Positions 55,162 through 62,980 of a stretch of 64,000 bases of DNA are shown one piece after another; the first letter of the stretch is position 1, and the number at the start of each line of letters is the position of its first letter. The notes below the pieces were generated by a model. The model made no database searches, had not been told where the DNA came from, and was given only the letters and a program-made list of their open reading frames with translations. The position numbers were made by a program, and so were the translations under genes. The stretch comes from Candidatus Levyibacteriota bacterium (GTDB lineage Bacteria > Patescibacteriota > Microgenomatia > Levybacterales > UBA12049): positions 304,236 through 368,235 of the forward strand of contig CP066685.1 in assembly GCA_016432345.1 (NCBI GenBank). The letters are read 5' to 3'.

Positions 55162-56684
55162 AAAAACAAATATTATATATTTTGCTGTTTCTTGCTGTTT
55201 GCGTTCCAGTACTTTTACCATTATTTCATCCTGGATTTTTTCAAAGTGATGACGGGGAGTGGATGATTATTAGATTTTCTGCTTTTCATCAGGCCATCAT
55301 CAACGGACAGTTTCCGGTGAGATTTTTGCAAAGGCTAAATTTCGGATATGGATATCCTGTTGCCAATTTTCTTTACCCGGGTTTTATGTATTTTGGAGAA
55401 ATACTAAAGCTTTTGGGGTTTGGGTTTGTTGATACAATAAAAATAACACTTGGGATTTCTCTTGTTGAATCGGTTGTTTTTTCTTATTTTTGGTTACGAT
55501 CTCTTTTTGGAAAGTGGCCAGCGATTATAGGAGCTTTTTTTTATCTTTATGCGCCTTACCACCTTTTTGATGTTTACAAAAGAGGATCAGTAGGAGAAAC
55601 GCTAGCTATTGCTATAGTGCCGTTTATTCTCTGGCAAATTGAGCGAAAAAGCTTGTTTTGGACAAGTCTTGGAGTAGCTCTTCTTATTCTTTCTCACAAC
55701 ACACTTGCTGTTTTATTTCTACCAGTAATCATTATATATGGATTTTTACGACGTGCTACAAGCTACGTGCTACAAGCTACGTGCTACGGTCTTGGTCTCT
55801 CCGCCTTTTTTTGGATACCGGCTTTATTTGATCTTCAATATACCATATTTGTCAAGACCCAGGTTGCCAGCTGGCAAACATATTTTTCTCATTATTCACT
55901 TGTTGGTTTATCAACATTTTCGATTCTTTTTATTTCTTTTATTTTTCTTATTTCTGGCAAATTCTTTAATACTTCGAAGTATGGAAAAAATGTGGTGATT
56001 TTTTTCTTTGTTTTAGGCGTAATTTCAGTTTTTTTTTCTACTTCAGCAAGTACTATATTTTGGAGATTTTTACCTGTTTCTTTTGTTCAGTTTCCATTTC
56101 GTTTTTTATCGCTAGCAATTTTAAGCGCTGCTTTTTTGTTTGCTTATATTCTTGATAAAATTAAAGAAAAGAATAAAATGATTATATCCATAGTTGGACT
56201 TAGTCTACTTGGATTTTCAGCAGCTCCTTATATAAAACCAGAAAGCTTTTTTGATAAGGGCGATTTGTATTATGCAACCAACGAGGCAACTACTACTGTG
56301 CAGGATGAGTATATGCCTGTTTGGGTAAAGCAAAAACCAACAGAACATCTTAAAAATAAAATGGAGATTTTAGAAGGAAAAGGAAGAATAAAAAACCTTG
56401 TTTTTAATAATAAAAAAATACATTTTGATCTAAATATGGAAAATAACGGAAGGATAAGAGTAAACACAGTCTATTTTCCAGGATGGAAAGCATATATAGA
56501 TGGCAGAGAAAGTAAAATAGATTACAGTAATAAATATGGCGTTATGGACATTTTTGTTGTAAAAGGCCCAAATGCGGTAGAATTTATTTTTTCAGAAACA
56601 CCAATGCGATTATTCAGCGATGTTATTTCATTTGCAAGTTTGCTTATTTTTTTGGGAGTATCTATTCGTTGGAAAATAAGGTAA
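55158..56684 (+). CDS. Polytopic GT-C-like membrane protein, paralog 2 of 3
   Basis: GFFQSDDGEWMIIRFSAFHQAIINGQFPVRFLQRLNFGYGYPVANF and FPFRFL. Confidence 0.55.
   Translation: MKKQILYILLFLAVCVPVLLPLFHPGFFQSDDGEWMIIRFSAFHQAIINGQFPVRFLQRLNFGYGYPVANFLYPGFMYFGEILKLLGFGFVDTIKITLGISLVESVVFSYFWLRSLFGKWPAIIGAFFYLYAPYHLFDVYKRGSVGETLAIAIVPFILWQIERKSLFWTSLGVALLILSHNTLAVLFLPVIIIYGFLRRATSYVLQATCYGLGLSAFFWIPALFDLQYTIFVKTQVASWQTYFSHYSLVGLSTFSILFISFIFLISGKFFNTSKYGKNVVIFFFVLGVISVFFSTSASTIFWRFLPVSFVQFPFRFLSLAILSAAFLFAYILDKIKEKNKMIISIVGLSLLGFSAAPYIKPESFFDKGDLYYATNEATTTVQDEYMPVWVKQKPTEHLKNKMEILEGKGRIKNLVFNNKKIHFDLNMENNGRIRVNTVYFPGWKAYIDGRESKIDYSNKYGVMDIFVVKGPNAVEFIFSETPMRLFSDVISFASLLIFLGVSIRWKIR
55753..55787 (+). 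repeat. 14-nt tandem array (GTGCTACAAGCTAC) x2.5, equivalent to alternating 7-mers GCTACAA/GCTACGT
   Basis: Read directly. It encodes RATSYVLQATCYG. Confidence 0.95.
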
Positions 56685-56691
56685 AAGAAAT

Positions 56692-58233
56692 ATGAAACAT
56701 TGGGGATTTTTTATCATCTTGGCAATTTCTTTTTGGGCGGTAAGATCTCTTTTTGCTCCTGGGTTTTTCCCAATACATGATGATACGCAGGTGGCCCGAG
56801 TTTTTGAAATGGGAAAAGTATTACAGACTGGAGTATTTCCTGCCCGTTGGGTGCCGGATTTAGGGTATGGTTATGGATACCCAATCTTTAACTATTATGC
56901 GCCGCTTGCGTATTATGTTGGTGGAATTATAACGCTTATTGGTGTAGATGCCCTTATTGCCACAAAAATTATGATTGGTCTTGGAGTCCTTCTTGCAGGT
57001 ATTTTTATGTACTTTCTTGTTCGAGAGCTTTGGGGAGAATTGGGAGGAATTATCGCAGCCCTTTTTTATATTTATGCACCATACCATGCTCTACAAATTT
57101 ATGTAAGAGGAGCGGTAGGAGAGCTTTGGTCATATGCTTTTATTCCTCTTGTGTTTTACGGATTGTATAAAATATATACAGAAAAAAAATGGAAATGGGT
57201 AATTGTTGGATCAATAGGATATACCGGAGTAATTCTGTCTCATAATTTAACAGCAATCATGCTTACACCTTTTTTACTCATTGTTATATTGTTTTATTGC
57301 TTCATTTTTTATAAAAATAGGCAACTATACGCTATACGCTATTCACTATACGCTGTTTTACTTGGTTTGCTTCTTAGTGCTTTTTATTGGATTCCTGCTG
57401 TTTTTGAAATGCAGTATACCAATGTGCAGTCTCAAATCGGCGGCGGCGCAGATTTTCGTGATCATTTTGTTTGTTTAAACCAGCTTTGGGATAGCCCTTG
57501 GGGTTTTGGCGGCTCAACAAAGGGATGTATAGATGGACTTTCTTTTAAAATAGGAAAACTGCATTTAATTACAGTGATAATGTCTCTCTTTGTAGTTTTA
57601 AGTTTTATATGGAGGCGGAGATATATACGACTTGGTATCATTCTTTTTTCTCTTGTTGGGTTTTTTGCATCAGTATTTTTGATGTTGGAAATCTCCAAAT
57701 CAATTTGGGAGACAGTTCCGTTGATCGCATTTTTTCAGTACCCATGGAGGTTTTTATTGTTTACTTCTTTTTTTTCATCATTTCTTGTTGGTGCAATAGT
57801 TTGGTTTTTAGAACAAGAATTTGGAAAAGTAAAATACTTTAATACTATTCTGTATTTAAGTACTGCAATTTTAGTGTTTCTTCTTCTATTTTTTAATATC
57901 AAACTTTTTCAGCCGCAGACAATACTGTTAAAAACAGCGCAAGATTATACAAACGACAGAGCTCTCAAATGGATAGCTTCAAAAACATCAGATGAATATT
58001 TACCAACAAATGTCAAACTTCCAATATCTGACTATGATATTCCAAAAAAAAATACAAATGAGAAAAGTGTTGCAGTAACGGTAGAGAATCAAAAAGACCT
58101 ATTTAAACGTTATAAAGATCAGCTTCCTCCTTTGCGATTTGAGCAAACAAATTTAGAAAAGATCGCCAACATATTATCCGTTATTGGTATAGGGGTACTT
58201 ATTATTGGTATAATCTATGCTAGGAAGAAATGA
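56692..58233 (+). CDS. Polytopic GT-C-like membrane protein, paralog 3 of 3
   Basis: GFFPIHDDTQVARVFEMGKVLQTGVFPARWVPDLGYGYGYPIFNY and YPWRFL. Confidence 0.55.
   Translation: MKHWGFFIILAISFWAVRSLFAPGFFPIHDDTQVARVFEMGKVLQTGVFPARWVPDLGYGYGYPIFNYYAPLAYYVGGIITLIGVDALIATKIMIGLGVLLAGIFMYFLVRELWGELGGIIAALFYIYAPYHALQIYVRGAVGELWSYAFIPLVFYGLYKIYTEKKWKWVIVGSIGYTGVILSHNLTAIMLTPFLLIVILFYCFIFYKNRQLYAIRYSLYAVLLGLLLSAFYWIPAVFEMQYTNVQSQIGGGADFRDHFVCLNQLWDSPWGFGGSTKGCIDGLSFKIGKLHLITVIMSLFVVLSFIWRRRYIRLGIILFSLVGFFASVFLMLEISKSIWETVPLIAFFQYPWRFLLFTSFFSSFLVGAIVWFLEQEFGKVKYFNTILYLSTAILVFLLLFFNIKLFQPQTILLKTAQDYTNDRALKWIASKTSDEYLPTNVKLPISDYDIPKKNTNEKSVAVTVENQKDLFKRYKDQLPPLRFEQTNLEKIANILSVIGIGVLIIGIIYARKK
57325..57354 (+). 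repeat. Heptanucleotide array (CTATACG) x2, CTATTCA, CTATACG, CTG
   Basis: Read directly. It encodes QLYAIRYSLYA. Confidence 0.92.
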
Positions 58234-58958
58234 AAAAACACAGCGTAGAAATAACAGTACCTGTCTATAATGAAGAAAAGGAATTGGAAGGAAATATCCT
58301 TAAACTTGCTGATTTTTGTAAAGAAAATCTAAAAAGCTACGATTGGCATATTACTATTGCCGATAATGCTTCAACGGACAACACACCGGTTATTTCGTCA
58401 ATTCTATCAAAGAAAAATAGCGATATATTTCATCTGCGTTTAGAACAAAAGGGCAGGGGAAGAGCGGTAAAACGTGCATGGAGCAATGCGGAGACAGATT
58501 ATTGTATCTATATGGATTTGGATTTATCTACAGATTTAAAACATTTACCGGAGCTTATTCATGTTCTTGAAAAAGGTTGCGATATAGCAATTGGTTCACG
58601 TTTAGCAAAAGGCGCCCGTGTTGAGGGGCGAACATTGCTTCGCGAAATTACATCAAGAGTTCTTAATATTGTTTTTATAAAACTTCCGTTCCAGACACAT
58701 TTTACCGATGCGCAATGTGGATTTAAAGGGGTAAAAAAGAAAGTAGTCTTAGAACTCTTGCCAAAAATTAAAGATAATGACTGGTTTTTTGATGGAGAAC
58801 TTTTAATCGTTGGCGAAAAAAGCGGTTACAAAATTTGCGAACTTCCTATTCATTGGGTAGATAATCCAGGATCAACAGTTAGACTTGTCTCAACAATCTG
58901 GGGAGATATAATGGTTATTTGGAGGTTGTTTAGGACCAAGCCATGGAGAAATCAGTAG
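58230..58958 (+). CDS. GT2 polyprenol-phosphate hexosyltransferase-like
   Basis: ITVPVYNEE, ITIADNASTDNT, YMDLDLSTDL and TDAQCGFKG. Confidence 0.85.
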   Translation: MKKHSVEITVPVYNEEKELEGNILKLADFCKENLKSYDWHITIADNASTDNTPVISSILSKKNSDIFHLRLEQKGRGRAVKRAWSNAETDYCIYMDLDLSTDLKHLPELIHVLEKGCDIAIGSRLAKGARVEGRTLLREITSRVLNIVFIKLPFQTHFTDAQCGFKGVKKKVVLELLPKIKDNDWFFDGELLIVGEKSGYKICELPIHWVDNPGSTVRLVSTIWGDIMVIWRLFRTKPWRNQ

Positions 58959-58959
58959 T

Positions 58960-60414
58960 ATGGATGAGCTTGACATTTTGACAATTGGAAAAAGGTCTGC
59001 GCATGGAATTTTAGCTCTTATTTCGCGGACATTTTTTTTAAGTATTATTTCTTTTGTTTCATCACTTGTTATTTTTACAGTTTTAACACCTTTAGATTTA
59101 GGAATTTACACAGCTGCCATTGCAGGCCAGCGGATTATTAGTTTTTTTACTGATTTTGGTTTTGGCGCAGCATTGATTCAAAAAAAAGAATCTCTTGAAA
59201 AGAAGGAATTAAAAACAGTATTTAGCGTGCAAGTAATTGCAACGTTGTTTTTATTTGTTGTGGTTGTAGTTTTTAGAGATCAGATTGCTAATTTTTTCCA
59301 GCTTGGAGAAAAAGCGCTAAGATTATTTCTTGTGCTTGTTTTCTTAATTTTTTTATCTTCTTTTAAGATTATTCCCTCAATTCTTCTAGAAAGAGAAATT
59401 CATTTTCAGAAATTAATTATTCCTCAAATTATTGAATCATTTATTTTTAATGCAATTCTTGTTATTTTAGTGCTTTTGGGGTATGGTATTGATAGTTATA
59501 GCTTTGCATTTCTTGTTTCTGCATTTATAGGAATTCCATTTTATTATTTTGTTTCTCCATGGAAAATTAGTTTTGGCATAGATAAGCAATCATTAAAACA
59601 TCTTCATTTTGGCGCACAATTTCAGGCAAAAAATATTCTTGCGGCAGTAAAAGATGATCTACTTACAGTTTATTTGGCAAAAACCTTGTCTTTTGTTGAT
59701 CTTGGATATATTGGATTTGGTCAACGTAATGCATTTTTTGCTTACCGCTTTATTGTTGACAATGTAACAAAAGTCACGTTTTCAACATACGCTAGAATGC
59801 AGGATGATCTTAAACTTTTAAAATCTGTTATTGAAAAATCTTTGTTTCTTGTAAGTTCTGCAATTTTTCCTTTGCTTTTCGGACTTATTATTGTTGCTCC
59901 GTACATAATTTTATATTTTCCAAAATGGCAGCAAAAGTGGGAACCTGCAATTATAAGTTTAACATTTTTTTCTTTGAATGCGGCTGTGTCTTCGATATCT
60001 GGAATTCTTGTGACAGTGCTTGACGCAACTGGTAGAGTAAGACAAACATTATATCTTATGATTTTGTGGACAGCGGCAACATGGATTATAACTCCGATAA
60101 GCATTTCTCTTTTTGGCTATAACGGCGTTGCCGTTACGTCTTTTCTTATAACACTTACTATCAGTATAACCGTTTATCTTGTAAAAAAGATTGTAAACTT
60201 TAGATTTTTTTCAAGTATTTATAAACCTCTTTTTTGTTCAGTCGTAATGAGTGTGTTTGTTTTTTTAACTGCGAAAATGTTTGTTGCTAATTTTATTAGC
60301 TTGGGTATTATAATAATGTTGGGAGCAGTAGTTTATATTTCTTTAATGTCTTTTTTTGCCAAAGAAATTAGAGAGGATATAAAACAATTAATTAAAAGTT
60401 ATGAAAAAAAATAA
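58960..60414 (+). CDS. Wzx-like oligo/polysaccharide flippase (MOP superfamily)
   Basis: 484 aa, about 12-14 TM helices, with a typical N-terminal RSAHGILALISRTFFLSIISFV and a conserved GFGAALIQ block. Confidence 0.75.
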   Translation: MDELDILTIGKRSAHGILALISRTFFLSIISFVSSLVIFTVLTPLDLGIYTAAIAGQRIISFFTDFGFGAALIQKKESLEKKELKTVFSVQVIATLFLFVVVVVFRDQIANFFQLGEKALRLFLVLVFLIFLSSFKIIPSILLEREIHFQKLIIPQIIESFIFNAILVILVLLGYGIDSYSFAFLVSAFIGIPFYYFVSPWKISFGIDKQSLKHLHFGAQFQAKNILAAVKDDLLTVYLAKTLSFVDLGYIGFGQRNAFFAYRFIVDNVTKVTFSTYARMQDDLKLLKSVIEKSLFLVSSAIFPLLFGLIIVAPYIILYFPKWQQKWEPAIISLTFFSLNAAVSSISGILVTVLDATGRVRQTLYLMILWTAATWIITPISISLFGYNGVAVTSFLITLTISITVYLVKKIVNFRFFSSIYKPLFCSVVMSVFVFLTAKMFVANFISLGIIIMLGAVVYISLMSFFAKEIREDIKQLIKSYEKK

Positions 60415-61312
60415 ATTGTCCATTGTTATTAGCGCATACAATGAAGAAGGGAAGATTACGCAATGTCTTGAGTCGGCTTCTTTTGCTGATGAGATTGTTT
60501 TTGTTGATAATTCTTCGGCAGACAAAACAGTTGAAATTGCCAAAAAATTTACTGACAAAATTTTTATTAAGCCAAATAATTTAATGCTTAATACTAATAA
60601 AAATTTTGGTTTTTCCAAAGCAACAGGTGATTGGATTTTAAGCCTGGATGCAGATGAGAGAATTACTCTTGAATTAAAAGAAGAGATGTTATCTGCTACA
60701 CGCCACGCGCCATCTGGTGTTAACGGCTTTTGGCTTCCGCGCAAAAATATAATTTTTGGCAAATGGATCAAGCATACAGGTTGGTATCCCGATTATCAAT
60801 TAAGATTATTTAAAAAAGATATGGGAAGTTTCTCTGCCAAACATGTTCATGAAATGATTACTCTTAAAGGAGAAACAGCTTATGTTAAAGAACATATATT
60901 ACATTATAATTACGATTCCATTTCGCAATTTCTAACAAAGCTTGATCTTATCTACACCTCAAATGAGGCCGAACAATTGTTAGGAAATGGATATGTAATA
61001 ACTTGGGCGGATGCGCTTAAAATGCCAATAAAAGAATTTGTAAGTAGATTTTTTGCACGAGAAGGATACAAAGACGGTTTTCATGGCTTGATGCTTTCTA
61101 TACTTATGGCATTTTATCATTTTATTGTTTTTGCCAAAATTTGGGAAAAACAAGGATTTAATCAAATTAGTGATGCCAAGATTTTACCGCAGACAGAAAT
61201 AGAAGTTAGAAATGCGCATAAAGAGATAATGTTTTGGTTTTTTAATGAGAAAATAAAGTCAGCAAATGGAATCAAAAAACTGCTATTTAGACTACGTCGT
61301 CATCTCATCTAA
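60401..61312 (+). CDS. GT2 glycosyltransferase (paralogous to 62218..62979)
   Basis: LSIVISAYNEE, FADEIVFVDNSSADKT and LSLDADER. Confidence 0.85.
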   Translation: MKKNKLSIVISAYNEEGKITQCLESASFADEIVFVDNSSADKTVEIAKKFTDKIFIKPNNLMLNTNKNFGFSKATGDWILSLDADERITLELKEEMLSATRHAPSGVNGFWLPRKNIIFGKWIKHTGWYPDYQLRLFKKDMGSFSAKHVHEMITLKGETAYVKEHILHYNYDSISQFLTKLDLIYTSNEAEQLLGNGYVITWADALKMPIKEFVSRFFAREGYKDGFHGLMLSILMAFYHFIVFAKIWEKQGFNQISDAKILPQTEIEVRNAHKEIMFWFFNEKIKSANGIKKLLFRLRRHLI

Positions 61313-62221
61313 ATGAATAAAGTAAGTATAGTTATTGTAAATTTTAACGGAAAAAAAGATACATTTCAATGTATAGAAAGTGTTGAAAAATTACAACCCG
61401 CCAGCTGGCGGGCAAATTACAAATTACAAATTATTGTTGTTGATAACGGTTCTGAAGAGGAGTTCAAAAAAGATGAAATTACAGTTTTAAGAAACGAAAA
61501 AAATCTCGGATTTTCTGGGGGAAATAATGTTGGAATCAGATATGCTTTGGGAAATGGAGCAGATTATGTAATGCTTTTGAACAACGACACGATAGTTAAT
61601 CAGCATTTAGTTGAAGAATTATTAAAGGTTGCCAACTTGGATAAAAGAATAGGAGTTGTAGTTCCTAAAATTTATTTTGCCAAAGGCCACGAATTTCATA
61701 GAGAGCGATATAAAGAAGAAGAGCGGGGAAAAGTAATTTGGTATGCGGGAGGGGTAATAGATTGGAATAATGTCGTAGGAATTCATAGAGGAGTTGATAA
61801 AGTAGATCATGGTCAATATGACAAAGTGGAGAAAACAGATTTTGCAACAGGATGTTGCATGTTAATTAAAAAGGAAGTTTTCGAACATGTTGGTTTATTC
61901 GATGAGAAGTATTTTTTATATTATGAAGATGCAGATTTTAGTATGAGGGCGATTAGGGGGGAATACAAAATCGTATATATGCCAAAGGCATTTCTTTGGC
62001 ATATTAATGCTGGTTCGACAGGGGGGTCAGGGTCGGCTCTTCAGGATTATTATACGACTAGAAACAGAATGCTTTTCGGAATGAGATATGCGCCATTGCG
62101 ATCAAAAGTAGCATTAATTAGAGAAAGTGTAAGTTTATTTTTTTCTGGGAGAAATTGGCAGCGTGTTGGAGTACGTGATTTTTATATCTCCCGTTTTGGG
62201 CGAGGAAGTTTTTTGATATGA
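61313..62221 (+). CDS. GT2 glycosyltransferase (rhamnosyltransferase/WbbL-like)
   Basis: VSIVIVNFNG, IIVVDNGS, NLGFSGGNN and YYEDADFSMR. Confidence 0.85.
   Translation: MNKVSIVIVNFNGKKDTFQCIESVEKLQPASWRANYKLQIIVVDNGSEEEFKKDEITVLRNEKNLGFSGGNNVGIRYALGNGADYVMLLNNDTIVNQHLVEELLKVANLDKRIGVVVPKIYFAKGHEFHRERYKEEERGKVIWYAGGVIDWNNVVGIHRGVDKVDHGQYDKVEKTDFATGCCMLIKKEVFEHVGLFDEKYFLYYEDADFSMRAIRGEYKIVYMPKAFLWHINAGSTGGSGSALQDYYTTRNRMLFGMRYAPLRSKVALIRESVSLFFSGRNWQRVGVRDFYISRFGRGSFLI
61397..61412. repeat. Perfect 16-nt GC-rich palindrome CCCGCCAGCTGGCGGG inside the GT2 coding sequence
   Basis: Read directly. It encodes PASWRA and is flanked by AAATTAC units on both sides. Confidence 0.95.
61414..61434 (+). 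repeat. Heptanucleotide array (AAATTAC) x2 plus AAATTAT; a further AAATTAC unit lies at 61388-61394, upstream of the palindrome
   Basis: Read directly. It encodes NYKLQII. Confidence 0.9.
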
Positions 62222-62979
62222 AATTATCCGCAATTATTATTGCAAAAGATGCAGAAGAACACATTGCAGATGCGATAAATTCTGTTTCCTTCGCAGACGA
62301 GACTATTGTTATCGATAATGGATCGATTGATAGAACATTGAATGTAGTAAGTAAAATGGGAGCAAAAAGTTTTTCATATCGGGCAAAGGGCTTTGCTGAT
62401 GCAAGAAACTTTGGTTTGCAAAAAGCAAAAGGCGAGTGGGTTTTCTATATTGATTCAGATGAGAGAGTAACAGATGTCTTGCAAAAAGAAATTGAATCAG
62501 CAATAAAAAATAAGGAATCAGATATTGTTGCATTTAAAGTGAAACGAAAGAATTATTACTATGGAAATCATCAGTGGCCGTATATTGAAAAGTTAGAAAG
62601 GTTATTTAGAAAAAAAAATCTTGAAGAATGGTATGGAGATTTACATGAAAGTCCAAAAATTAAAGGATCAGTTGGTTTGCTGGATGGTTTTTTGCTTCAC
62701 TACACGCGTCAAAACCTTGAATCTATGGTGGAGAAAACTATTGCCTGGTCGAAAGTGGAAGCAGAGTTGCGGTTTAGAGCAAATCATCCAAAGATGGCCT
62801 GGTGGCGTTTTTTTCGAGTTATGCTCACTGCATTTTATGATTCATACATTAAGCAAGGTGGATGGAAAGCAGGAATAATGGGTTTAATAGAAAGCATTTA
62901 TCAATCATTTAGCATGTTTATTACTTACTCTCGACTTTGGGAATTTCAAAACAAGCAAAATGGAGAAGAAAAAAATTAA
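62218..62979 (+). CDS. GT2 glycosyltransferase
   Basis: LSAIIIAKDAEE, FADETIVIDNGSIDRT and FYIDSDER. Confidence 0.85.
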   Translation: MKLSAIIIAKDAEEHIADAINSVSFADETIVIDNGSIDRTLNVVSKMGAKSFSYRAKGFADARNFGLQKAKGEWVFYIDSDERVTDVLQKEIESAIKNKESDIVAFKVKRKNYYYGNHQWPYIEKLERLFRKKNLEEWYGDLHESPKIKGSVGLLDGFLLHYTRQNLESMVEKTIAWSKVEAELRFRANHPKMAWWRFFRVMLTAFYDSYIKQGGWKAGIMGLIESIYQSFSMFITYSRLWEFQNKQNGEEKN

Positions 62980-62980
62980 T

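Noticed and set aside
1070-61434. Heptamer arrays as CRISPR arrays or other spacer-repeat systems
   Set aside because: The units are 7 nt and directly abutting, with no spacers. The arrays are only 21-58 nt long and lie inside conserved coding sequence. No cas genes are present.
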